Under the pieces are notes generated by a model. It worked only from the letters and a program-made list of their open reading frames with translations. It had not been told where the DNA came from and did not search any database. The translations under genes were made by a program, and so were the position numbers. This document shows positions 8,554 through 17,486 of a stretch of 64,000 bases of DNA, piece after piece. Origin of the DNA: Candidatus Latescibacterota bacterium (lineage in GTDB: Bacteria; Latescibacterota; UBA2968; UBA8231). How positions within the stretch are numbered: position 1 is the stretch's first letter; every line of letters starts with the position of its first letter. Location: positions 1,248,001-1,312,000 of the forward strand of contig OZ244561.1 of the NCBI GenBank assembly GCA_965217585.1, in the 5' to 3' direction.

Positions 8554-9486
8554 TTACTGCTGGTACTGGTGCTTAATCCGGCCCCAACTCTGCGCTTCAA
8601 CCGCAGTCGGCTCGCCCCAATCAATGGTGTCGTCCATGGGGGAGATGAGCAGGTCCTGCGAAGAGTGACAACAGCTCGTCGGCGTCGTCGCCCACATGCC
8701 GACGCGGTTGTCGGCATCGCCGGCACTGTCGTCCACGTCGCTGACGAAAATCGAAAAGCCGATCACTTCGCCCGCGGTCAGGTCGTGCTCAATCACCTGA
8801 TCTTCGGTGATGTTCTCCTCGGTGGGCTTGGGATACGAATCAATGGCAATCGTGCGGAACTCGTAGATATACGTGCTCTCGCCGTACTCTTCGCCCTCGA
8901 AGCTATAGGTGCAGTAGTACCAACGGCTGCCATTGGACAACAGCGTCGGGTTTTCGACGTCGGCGCTACTGACCGCAGCCGTCTGCAGGGCTGGGCCGAA
9001 ATTGCCGTTGAGCGGCGGGAACGCGAACGAGTACTTGTGGTGCGTTATCACGTCTTCGGGCTTGGGCAAGTAGTCGTGCCGCGGATTGAACTCGATCTCA
9101 ATGCTGTCGTCCCACCAATAGGAGCCTAAGTCTTGGCGGGTAATCGTGTGCTTGTTATCGAATATCTTCGTCGTCACGTAGATCTCATTACGCGAGTCAT
9201 TCCAGCCCAAAATGTGGCGAATCTGCATCGAAGCCGGATCCATGCCGCCGCGCGGCACGTCGTCGCCAGCGAAGCCATGCACCGAAAAGAGCCTCGCGCT
9301 GGGAATGGCGTACACTTCGAGCGGCACCGCCGACCAATCGTCGTCAAATCCGTCGATGTTCGGCACATTGGCATCGGGGAACTGCACGGCGAGGAAGACC
9401 TCGCCCGGGGGCTCGTGCGCCCCAGCGGCTAGCGCAAAGGCCAATAGGGCAATTGCCGTCAGGCCACAGGTAAAAAGGCGTTTCAT
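8554..9486 (-). CDS. Secreted CBM9/DOMON-like sugar-binding domain protein with C-terminal TAVEAQSWGRIK motif
   Basis: SD AAGGAGGT before ATG 9486; signal peptide; PNIDGFDDDW, LGWNDSRNEIYV, WWDDSIEI, YEFR, IGFSIFVSDVD are typical of CBM9-like domains. Confidence 0.65.
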   Translation of the reverse strand: MKRLFTCGLTAIALLAFALAAGAHEPPGEVFLAVQFPDANVPNIDGFDDDWSAVPLEVYAIPSARLFSVHGFAGDDVPRGGMDPASMQIRHILGWNDSRNEIYVTTKIFDNKHTITRQDLGSYWWDDSIEIEFNPRHDYLPKPEDVITHHKYSFAFPPLNGNFGPALQTAAVSSADVENPTLLSNGSRWYYCTYSFEGEEYGESTYIYEFRTIAIDSYPKPTEENITEDQVIEHDLTAGEVIGFSIFVSDVDDSAGDADNRVGMWATTPTSCCHSSQDLLISPMDDTIDWGEPTAVEAQSWGRIKHQYQQ

Positions 9487-9563
9487 AACTACCTCCTTGG
9501 GGGTAGGTGGACGATGAACGATGAATTGCAAATGTAGTCAAATGCCCCGCCAAATACAACCAA

Positions 9564-12290
9564 CTATTGCAAGCCGGCGTATAGCGTGACAAAGGTCTCG
9601 GTCGTCGTTGCGGCCTCTGCTTCCGCAAACGCCTTGCGCTCTACCACAAAGCCGGCCAACGCCTGGATCCGGTAGCCCAAATAGGCCGACTCGGTCGCCA
9701 ACTGCAAGGCCCAGCTCAGGGAGTCGAAATCCTCCATATTGCGGTCGAAGTCGTTGAACAGCGCGTACTCGACACCGGCCTGTACCCGCGTGGCCTGCAA
9801 TAGTTGCGTCTCCAAAAGCAGCGAGAACAACTCCATCAGCGTCGTGCGCTCCTCCTGGTCAAACAGCGACCGGCTCTGCTGGCGCCACTCGCTCTTCCAG
9901 CGCGGCGCTAGGGTCAACCCGCGCCAAGAGCGGCGATAGCTGGCCTTGTTGACTAAGCCTACGAAAAAATCCGCCGCATCGCGCTGCCGCGGCGCAAAGA
10001 AGACCCCGTGCAGCTTGCTCATCACCAACAGCGCGTCGCTGGTCAGGCTATGGCCGACGAATAGCTGGTGGACCCAAGCATCGCGCGCCAACAGCGGATC
10101 GTCGATGTGCACGAGCTTGCCGCCGCGCAGGGTGTTGTCTGGCTGCCACTGCAAAATTGGATCGGGAATATCGTCTTGCACCAACTGGCTCATCTCAAAG
10201 AGCCGCACCCGACCCACCCGCGGCCACGCCCGCTCGTAGCCTAGCTGCACATACGTGCTGTGGTTTTTGCGATCTGCCGAAATCTGCTCCTCGCGCAAGG
10301 CCCCCACCTTGAGCTGCCAGTGCTGGCTCAGGCCGATGCCCCCATAGACGTTGAAGCCTTGTTGATCGCGGCGATAGGGGTAGTCCGGCTCGGTGTCGTT
10401 TTCGTATAAATCGACCCAGAAGTTGTGGTTCATATCTACGCCGAAGAGGAACTCCGGCCGATCGACCAAGAAGCGGAGGAAAGGCTCCTCGTAATCCGGA
10501 ATGGCGTTGGCCTTGACCCGGTTGTCGTTTTGGTTGAAGTCGGGCACCAAGTCGTTGTTGAGGTCCCAGCCGGGGAAGACCAAGCGGTCGTTTACCAAAA
10601 AATCCGCGCGGAACCCATCGGGGAAGCGGTCTTGATCGTCGTTGTCTTCCACTAAGTCAAAGCGGTTGCCCTGCCGGGCGTAATCGAGGCCCGAGGTCGT
10701 GGTGACAAAGGACTGGGTGTTGTAGCGCGGGTCAATCGAATACACTTCCCCAAACAGCGACAGCCGCCCCAAGTGCTTGCTCAAGTTCGCCATCCACGCC
10801 GGTGCGCTGGGCCGGTCGCCAATACCCGCCGAGGAAGTGTGCGTCTCCTCGGCGACATTGGGATACTTGCGAAAACTCCAGCTCAAGTCGTATTCGCCAT
10901 ACAGATCGAAGCCAAGCACGTCTTCCACCTTGAGCGTGGCCCCGGCGACCGCCGTAGCCGTCGGCAGCCCGTAGGCAAAGCGGACCGTGCGCAGATTGGA
11001 TATGTCCTGCACATTGCCCTCGGCCTGCGCCACCATCAAGAAGACCGGATCCTCCACATCCGCCCCGAATACGTCGCCCAAGCTAATGCTGCGCTCGCCC
11101 GTCCAACTAAACGAGCTCGATGGCCGACCAACCGTTACAAAGCCGCCGCCCTCCCCCAACTGCTGGTCCGAGCTCATCCAGATCTGGTAGTCGTTGGCCA
11201 GCACGAGGCGAAATTCCACCGCCGCGATCTCGGACTTATCGGCCGAGGCGCGGTTGACAAACGACGCGCTGTCGAAGTCGTAGAGCAGGCTGATTTGCCC
11301 GTCGCCATCGGCGGTGAGAAACCCCTGCCGCTCTAAGCCACCGCTGATCACCGGGCCAAAGCGGATGTCGCGGCCCGACTCCACCGTGCCGTCGCGGTAG
11401 GTGATAATCACGTCCGAGGCATCAGGAAAGAACGCGGCACCGCCACTGCCGTCTTCCGGCGAGTCGTCCCGCAAGGCGATCGCGATCTGGGAAATGGTTT
11501 CGTTCTGCTGCTCGTTCAGTCCGCCTTTGTACAGGGTTTCTACGAGTTGATCCGACTCGCTGTTGGTCTGGTGGACGTTGACCGCATGTACGCCCAACTC
11601 CACGAAATCCCCTAGCTGGGCCGTGAACCGCCCTCCCACGAGAGAAGTTGCGTCCGTAAAGCGGCTCTCCTCCACCTGCAAGCCGCGCGGACCGGTGACC
11701 AGCGAGTGGAGAAAGGTCAGTTGGTATTTGTCGGTGGCGAGGTCAATCTGCATGCCGTTCAGGCGCGGCTTGGAAAACGCCAGCGGCGTCAGGGTCGTCC
11801 GCAGGTTGTTGCTCACCGTCAGCGCGTAGTGATATTGGCCCTTGTGATCGCCGGCGATGACCAGCTCGTTGAACCACTGCGCAAACCGCGCGGTCTTGAA
11901 CAGGGAGCTACCGGCCTCCTCGGGCCGCCTCTGCGCCGTGTTGAAGATCAGCCAGCCCTGAGTCAGGTAGTTCCCGTATAGATCGTAGAAGTAATCGCCC
12001 TCCAAGTCGATGTTCACGTAGCGCTGATACGGCAGCCGCGCACGGTTGGTGTACTCCCACTGCCGCCACGGGTATTCGGCGAACATCACCTGCGGCACGT
12101 ACCAGCGCCGCAGGGCCGGGTCGAGGGCGTCGAGGTACACCTCCGGGCTTTGCGCTACTTCCCGTTGCAATCCCAGGCGGCCACCATAGGCCCCGTCGGC
12201 CAGGGCGAGGGCGAGCAACGCGGCGCAGAAGGCAAACGTCCGCCGGGGGTGTGCAGACAGCTTCTTACAGTGAGTAGCCCTAGTCAACAT
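9564..12290 (-). CDS. Large exported hypothetical protein, putative outer-membrane beta-barrel with Asp/Asn-rich Ca-binding-like loops (paralog of 17487-20150)
   Basis: SD GGAG and ATG 12290; signal peptide; alternating hydrophobic beta-strand patterns; DNDDQDRFPD, DLNNDLVPD, DMNHNFWVD repeats; ends FVTLYAGLQ. Confidence 0.65.
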   Translation of the reverse strand: MLTRATHCKKLSAHPRRTFAFCAALLALALADGAYGGRLGLQREVAQSPEVYLDALDPALRRWYVPQVMFAEYPWRQWEYTNRARLPYQRYVNIDLEGDYFYDLYGNYLTQGWLIFNTAQRRPEEAGSSLFKTARFAQWFNELVIAGDHKGQYHYALTVSNNLRTTLTPLAFSKPRLNGMQIDLATDKYQLTFLHSLVTGPRGLQVEESRFTDATSLVGGRFTAQLGDFVELGVHAVNVHQTNSESDQLVETLYKGGLNEQQNETISQIAIALRDDSPEDGSGGAAFFPDASDVIITYRDGTVESGRDIRFGPVISGGLERQGFLTADGDGQISLLYDFDSASFVNRASADKSEIAAVEFRLVLANDYQIWMSSDQQLGEGGGFVTVGRPSSSFSWTGERSISLGDVFGADVEDPVFLMVAQAEGNVQDISNLRTVRFAYGLPTATAVAGATLKVEDVLGFDLYGEYDLSWSFRKYPNVAEETHTSSAGIGDRPSAPAWMANLSKHLGRLSLFGEVYSIDPRYNTQSFVTTTSGLDYARQGNRFDLVEDNDDQDRFPDGFRADFLVNDRLVFPGWDLNNDLVPDFNQNDNRVKANAIPDYEEPFLRFLVDRPEFLFGVDMNHNFWVDLYENDTEPDYPYRRDQQGFNVYGGIGLSQHWQLKVGALREEQISADRKNHSTYVQLGYERAWPRVGRVRLFEMSQLVQDDIPDPILQWQPDNTLRGGKLVHIDDPLLARDAWVHQLFVGHSLTSDALLVMSKLHGVFFAPRQRDAADFFVGLVNKASYRRSWRGLTLAPRWKSEWRQQSRSLFDQEERTTLMELFSLLLETQLLQATRVQAGVEYALFNDFDRNMEDFDSLSWALQLATESAYLGYRIQALAGFVVERKAFAEAEAATTTETFVTLYAGLQ

Positions 12291-12303
12291 CAAATTCTCC
12301 AAC

Positions 12304-14379
12304 CTAATACGCCACGCCCACCGCGCCATTGGCCACTTCGCGGCCCTCGTCGGTGTCCCAATCGAGTTGATAGAGGTACATGCCGGGCGGCACGAGTGCG
12401 CCCTTTTCGTCGCGCCCATTCCAAGTTTGGGCAAAGCTGCCGCTGCCAGTGTTTGCCGCAATTTGGCGCACCAGCCGGCCGGACAGGTCGTAGATCCGCA
12501 AGCGGATCTGCCGCCGGCTCTCCAAGTCGCGCAATTCGTAGGCAATCGCCACTTGGTCGTTGACGCCGTCGCCGTTGGGCGTAAAGGTCGCTGGCGTGGC
12601 CTGCACGCTGCGGATGAGGCCGCCGCCCATGGGCGTGCGCACCGATACTACGTCGCCGCCAAAGCGGAACGTCGCGTTGCCCGGGGCGACCTGCTGCTTG
12701 AGCTCGGGTTCGGCGCTGTCGTACACCCAGCTTCTAAAGTCTGCGCCAAAGCGCAAGACCTTGGCGTCGAAGACCACCTCAATCCGCTTCTCGTTGTCGC
12801 GCGGCCCCACCAAGCGGTCGAACGCGACGATCAGGCGGTCGTCTTGGATCTCGGGCGGGAAGCGGTCGCTGATCTCCTCGCCGTCGATGAGCACCGAATG
12901 CACTCGTTCCACCGGGATCTGAGTGAAAATCTCCAGCCGATCAAAGCCCAAGTCGCTGGCGCGCAAGACCGGGCGCACCACATAGGTGAAGGTTTCGGCC
13001 GCGAAGCTCTGCGTGGCGATCGGCCAAATCTCTCCAACCACTTCTTGGGCCACTGGATCCTCGGAAAACAGCAGCGACATGTTGTCGATGCGCGGGGCCG
13101 CGTCGCCGCTGGCGAACAGGATGGCCTCTAGCTGGAAGTAGCGCGCTGGACTCGGCGACAGCACGGGCGTGCCGTCCTGCCACAAATCCGCCGGCATTGC
13201 GATCTGCCGCAGCCCCGCCGCAAACTCATAGGGGGCCGACCAGAGGCTCCAATTTTCTAGGTCGTAACCCAATTCCACGTCGTTCCACCGCCGCCGGCCG
13301 AGCTGGGTCAGGTATGCGTCGAGGGTCGATGCTTCGAGGGTGCCGGTCGGGCCGATGGTGCGGTAGATGTTGGGCTGCGGCGTGTTGCCCGTGCGGGTGC
13401 GGAGCAAAAGTTTGGTCCCCTCGGGTACCTCGCCTTGCCAGCGAATTTTGCTCCAGGCGACCTCGCGGCCAAAATCCATGATCGGGGTGCGGTAGGTCGT
13501 CCGGGTCACAAAGCCCTCGCCATAGACTTCGAGTTCGGCGATCTCCCAGTCGCGCTCGGGGTCGAGCGGGCGAATGGCAATCCACTTGAGGTCGCGGGTG
13601 GGGAAGCGCAAATCCACCACCACGTCGAGGCTCTCGCGATTGCGCGCCAAGATGTCAAAGGCTGGGTCGTTGGGCGCGCCCAAGGCCGCGTCGATAACCA
13701 TGTACCAGCGCTTGCCGCGCTGGCTGCGGTCGAAGTTGCTGTCCCAAAACGGCCCGGTGTGGTCGGCCACGCCGATTTCGTACCAAGCCAAATAGTTGTC
13801 CTCAAACCCGGGCCGGGGGAAGAAGCGGATGCGATTGATGGGCAGCTCGGCCCCCAAGTGCAGGACGTTGTTTTTGACCACTCCGGGGTTGTTGCGGCCG
13901 GCCAAGCGCGGCGGCTCGGGCACCCTCACTAGCATGGCGGTCGTCGGATCGTTGTCGATGAGAAACTGCAAGGGCTGGGAGTCGGTTACCAAGTGCGTAT
14001 GGCCGTAAATGCTGGCCGTGTAAAAGTGCCCTTGGCGCTCCTTGAGCGACAGCGCCAGATTTTCGCCCGGGTCGATGTACACCGGGCGCAGGCCACCGTC
14101 GGCAAAGTCGATCAGCGTATCGACGCCCGCGGTGTTGAAGCGCACACTGACCTCATCGGCGACCGCGCCAATGGTCACCTCCTCGACGATGCCGCCCTCG
14201 GCGTCGAGCAGCACGTACGCAGCCGTCTGCTCGGCGACCAGTGCCTGCCAAGAATTGCCATCCGCGCCGCCGAGGCGGAACTCGCCGCGGCCCCACGCAC
14301 TGGCGGTCCAAGCCACGGCCAGCACCGCGCTCAGCCAGCCCATCCGCTCTATCCTATTCAGCACGACGTCTCCTTTCAT
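12304..14379 (-). CDS. Secreted protein with discoidin/CBM-like domains and FlgD/CHU_C-like C-terminal domain ending VAY
   Basis: Signal peptide; RIRFFPR, ELEVYGEGF; tail FTPNGDGVND...IYDLSGRLVR...WNGRDEKG...PPGMYLY...GVAY. Alternative start GTG 14364. Confidence 0.75.
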   Translation of the reverse strand: MKGDVVLNRIERMGWLSAVLAVAWTASAWGRGEFRLGGADGNSWQALVAEQTAAYVLLDAEGGIVEEVTIGAVADEVSVRFNTAGVDTLIDFADGGLRPVYIDPGENLALSLKERQGHFYTASIYGHTHLVTDSQPLQFLIDNDPTTAMLVRVPEPPRLAGRNNPGVVKNNVLHLGAELPINRIRFFPRPGFEDNYLAWYEIGVADHTGPFWDSNFDRSQRGKRWYMVIDAALGAPNDPAFDILARNRESLDVVVDLRFPTRDLKWIAIRPLDPERDWEIAELEVYGEGFVTRTTYRTPIMDFGREVAWSKIRWQGEVPEGTKLLLRTRTGNTPQPNIYRTIGPTGTLEASTLDAYLTQLGRRRWNDVELGYDLENWSLWSAPYEFAAGLRQIAMPADLWQDGTPVLSPSPARYFQLEAILFASGDAAPRIDNMSLLFSEDPVAQEVVGEIWPIATQSFAAETFTYVVRPVLRASDLGFDRLEIFTQIPVERVHSVLIDGEEISDRFPPEIQDDRLIVAFDRLVGPRDNEKRIEVVFDAKVLRFGADFRSWVYDSAEPELKQQVAPGNATFRFGGDVVSVRTPMGGGLIRSVQATPATFTPNGDGVNDQVAIAYELRDLESRRQIRLRIYDLSGRLVRQIAANTGSGSFAQTWNGRDEKGALVPPGMYLYQLDWDTDEGREVANGAVGVAY

Positions 14380-16428
14380 TCAGTACGCCACACACAGGGT
14401 CCGCACTGTCTGCCCGTTGCGCGCATCCCCTTGCACCTCGGTCCGCACCAAGTAGATGCCGGGGGGGACGCGCTGGCCCCGCTCATCTGTACCGTCCCAA
14501 TGCACGGCGTCGTACACGCCGTTTTGCCCCTCGGCCTCAAAGAGGCGGAGCACCCGCCGACCCCCTAAATCCCACAGGTCGATCACAATCCGCGCTTTGC
14601 CGATAACCGCCAGCACCTCAAAGTTCACGTCGAGGACATCGTTCACCCCGTCCCCATTGGGCGTCAAGACTTCGCTGCCGAGGGCGAAGTGGCCGATCAA
14701 GCTGCCCTGGTTCACCGCCCGGCTCAGCACCGTCGTCCCCGATTCGGTCGCCACGTCGCCTTCTGCCAAGAGGGCCGCGTTGCCTTGAGTAATGCCCTGA
14801 AAGGCATCCTCCTCTAGCAGCAGGGCGCGGCCGCCAAAGCGAGTGCTAAAGGCCAGCACCCGGCTGACGAAGTGGATTTTCAGCACGGCGTCGTGCTGGT
14901 TTATGGCTGGGAAACTTACCGCAAAGCGCTGGTCGTCAATGGCGGTGATGGCGACCTCGCCTTCGGTTGTGATCCCATCGGCGACCGCAAAGGCGTGATT
15001 GAGCATCTGTTGGCCACTGGCGTCGATAATCTCGATCCGCTCGACGCGACCCACGCGACTCGGCGTAAACACCTCAAAGCTGTTGAAACCCTGCACGTAA
15101 TCGCTCTCCATCACCGCCCGCACCGCGTACACAAAGGGCACGTCCGCCGCGGCCGGGACCTCGCGGGGAAAGATCTCGCCGATGAGCGCATCGGCTAGCG
15201 GCGGCGCGGAAAATTCGAGGGCGATCTGCTGGAGTATGTGGCTCGCTTCCAAGTGCTGGCTCTGGAATTCCACGCGAAATTGGAAGTAGCGGCTGGGGCC
15301 AGGCGAGAGAATCTGCGTGCCCGCAGCCAGCTCCTCCAGCGCATAAGGCGAGGTCCACGGGCTCCAATTCGCCAAGTCGTCGCGCACTGAGCCGCGCTCC
15401 CAATCGTCGCCCTGACGCCCGCGCTCGGGCAGCTTTAAGTACTCTTTGCGCAGCAACGGCTCGCCCGGATTGTCCACGGACAACGGGATCTCTGGGGCGT
15501 CTTGCAGAGCCACTTGCCTGCGGGTGTACGCCAAGGGACTGGGGTCGTGACCGCTGCGGGTGCGCAACTGCATGTCGGCCATGTCCGCAGCGCCTACTTG
15601 CTGCTGCAAGGTGCGGATGAGGCCCCAATTGGCCGGGCTGCCCATGTCGATGATCGGCGAGATATAGCGCGCCGTCGGAAAGAACCCCTCGCCAAAAACC
15701 TGGAGCTTCTCGATCTCAAAGGGAATGGCCGACATGGCCCGCAGGCGGATGAAGCGGATGTAGCGCGGCGGGTCGATGAGCACTTCGGTGATCCGGTCGC
15801 TGTTGTCGTCGCGCACGGCATAGGTTTCCCAAATCGGGTTGCCCGAACTGGTCAGCACCAAGCCGTCGTTGATCTCCACTTCAAAGTTTTTCAAAAAGTC
15901 GTTTTGAAAAGGAGTGCCGGGCGAGGGAAAGACCGTGTTGCGCGGGAAGAAGCGCACCCGATTGACCCCAAAGCGCGCACCTAAGTCGAGAATGACCTGG
16001 GTCCCCAAAATGTCGTCTTCTTTGCGCTCGAATGCCTGCCCGGTCGGATCGGCCGCGAGCATGTCCTCGAAAATCACCTGGAGCTGCAAGGCGGTCAGGT
16101 CGAAGACGGTCGGTGCGCGCAGCGAGCCGCCGCGCTCCAGCACCTCTGTGGCCAAGTTCTGCTCGGCACCCACCCGCCGCGGCAGGATGCTGCCCGGAAA
16201 ATCCGCGCTTTTAAACTCGATCAAATCGGCCGGCGCATGGCCTATTTCGGTGACGTTGGGGTCGAGAAAGGAGCGGTGCTCGGGCTTGATCGTCGAGATA
16301 TCCTCGGCCCCTTCGACCCGCCCGGTCCACGAGATTTGCCCGTCCTGCCCGATGAGCAGGACTTGTCGGGCCGCTAGCGGTTGCACTAAGCACGCCGTTA
16401 GAACCCCCACCAACAACGCGGCTTTCAT
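14380..16428 (-). CDS. Secreted protein, paralog of 12304-14379, FlgD/CHU_C-like tail ending VAY
   Basis: Signal peptide; LDLGARFGVNRVRFFPR, LQVFGEGF, RTRSG, WSPW, SPGPSRYFQ; tail LTPNGDGVND...WDGTDERG...CVAY. Confidence 0.75.
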   Translation of the reverse strand: MKAALLVGVLTACLVQPLAARQVLLIGQDGQISWTGRVEGAEDISTIKPEHRSFLDPNVTEIGHAPADLIEFKSADFPGSILPRRVGAEQNLATEVLERGGSLRAPTVFDLTALQLQVIFEDMLAADPTGQAFERKEDDILGTQVILDLGARFGVNRVRFFPRNTVFPSPGTPFQNDFLKNFEVEINDGLVLTSSGNPIWETYAVRDDNSDRITEVLIDPPRYIRFIRLRAMSAIPFEIEKLQVFGEGFFPTARYISPIIDMGSPANWGLIRTLQQQVGAADMADMQLRTRSGHDPSPLAYTRRQVALQDAPEIPLSVDNPGEPLLRKEYLKLPERGRQGDDWERGSVRDDLANWSPWTSPYALEELAAGTQILSPGPSRYFQFRVEFQSQHLEASHILQQIALEFSAPPLADALIGEIFPREVPAAADVPFVYAVRAVMESDYVQGFNSFEVFTPSRVGRVERIEIIDASGQQMLNHAFAVADGITTEGEVAITAIDDQRFAVSFPAINQHDAVLKIHFVSRVLAFSTRFGGRALLLEEDAFQGITQGNAALLAEGDVATESGTTVLSRAVNQGSLIGHFALGSEVLTPNGDGVNDVLDVNFEVLAVIGKARIVIDLWDLGGRRVLRLFEAEGQNGVYDAVHWDGTDERGQRVPPGIYLVRTEVQGDARNGQTVRTLCVAY

Positions 16429-17486
16429 GGCATTTTCCCCGACAATTGTTTCAGCAAGACATCTCGCTCCGTTTGGACGCGCGCGGCGACTTTGGCGCGC
16501 TGATTTTGGCGCTGGTACTGAGCAAACGCTTCCCGTGCGGCCTCTTCCTCGCCCAGCAGTCCGTAGAGCTTGCTCAGGAAGAAATGCACCCGATAGTCGC
16601 TCGGGGTGGTCTCAGCCAGCGCGGCGACACAGACGAGGGCCTCTTGGTAGCGCCCCTGCCAGAAGAGCAGCTTGCCCAGCCCCCACAAATCGGCGCTTGA
16701 ATCGGGCCTTTCCCCCAGCGCGGCTTCGAGCTGCGCTTCCGCCTTTTGCATGGCTTCCTCCCCGACCAGCCCTTGCTGCCGCCACCAGCCTTCCGCCCTT
16801 GCGCGGCCCAGCTCGCCGCTGAGGCGGGCCATCTCAATGAGGAGATCCGCCAGCCCCAAGGCCGCTTGCCGCGCATAGGGCTTTTGGCCCAACAGCTCGA
16901 CGTAGGCCGCAATCGCTGGTTCGGCCCGGCCTTCGGCCTCGTAAATGCGTGCTAGCTGGTACCGGGCTCGGCTGCTGTCGGGACACAGCACCAGCAAATC
17001 GCCATAGGACTGGGCTGCACTCTGCAAGTCGCCACTCAGGCTCTGTGCGTCGCCTAGGCGACCGAGCAACGCAGCGGGATCGCCACCTTGGTCCAGCAAG
17101 GTCCGATAGAGACTGGCGGCTGCGACCGACTGCCCGGCATCTACATAGCGGGCCGCCAGCAACTCCTGCGCTCTACTTTCTCCAGGCCAGCGCTCCAACA
17201 GCTCGCGGTACACAGCAATAGCCTTGCCGTGCTCGTCCTTTTCGCCATAGAGCGCTCCGAGCGCGTAATAGGCGGCGGGAAAATCGACCCCTGCCGCGAC
17301 CGCACTCCTGTACTCGCGCAGGGCGTTGGCCTTCATGCCCTGCTCTTGGTATGTGTGGCCCAACCAGTAGTGTTGCTCCCCTGGCGATTTCCCATCGCAC
17401 GCACTGAGACCGATACTGAGCGCGATTAAGACCGCGGCCTTTGGCCAGACGAGCGCGAGGCCGCAAGCTATGGCTAGCCGGTGCAT
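16425..17486 (-). CDS. Tetratricopeptide repeat lipoprotein
   Basis: Lipobox LSAC; multiple TPR patterns (AYYALGALY, ARYQLARIY, LWGLGKLL); ATGA overlap with the next gene. Confidence 0.85.
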   Translation of the reverse strand: MHRLAIACGLALVWPKAAVLIALSIGLSACDGKSPGEQHYWLGHTYQEQGMKANALREYRSAVAAGVDFPAAYYALGALYGEKDEHGKAIAVYRELLERWPGESRAQELLAARYVDAGQSVAAASLYRTLLDQGGDPAALLGRLGDAQSLSGDLQSAAQSYGDLLVLCPDSSRARYQLARIYEAEGRAEPAIAAYVELLGQKPYARQAALGLADLLIEMARLSGELGRARAEGWWRQQGLVGEEAMQKAEAQLEAALGERPDSSADLWGLGKLLFWQGRYQEALVCVAALAETTPSDYRVHFFLSKLYGLLGEEEAAREAFAQYQRQNQRAKVAARVQTERDVLLKQLSGKMP

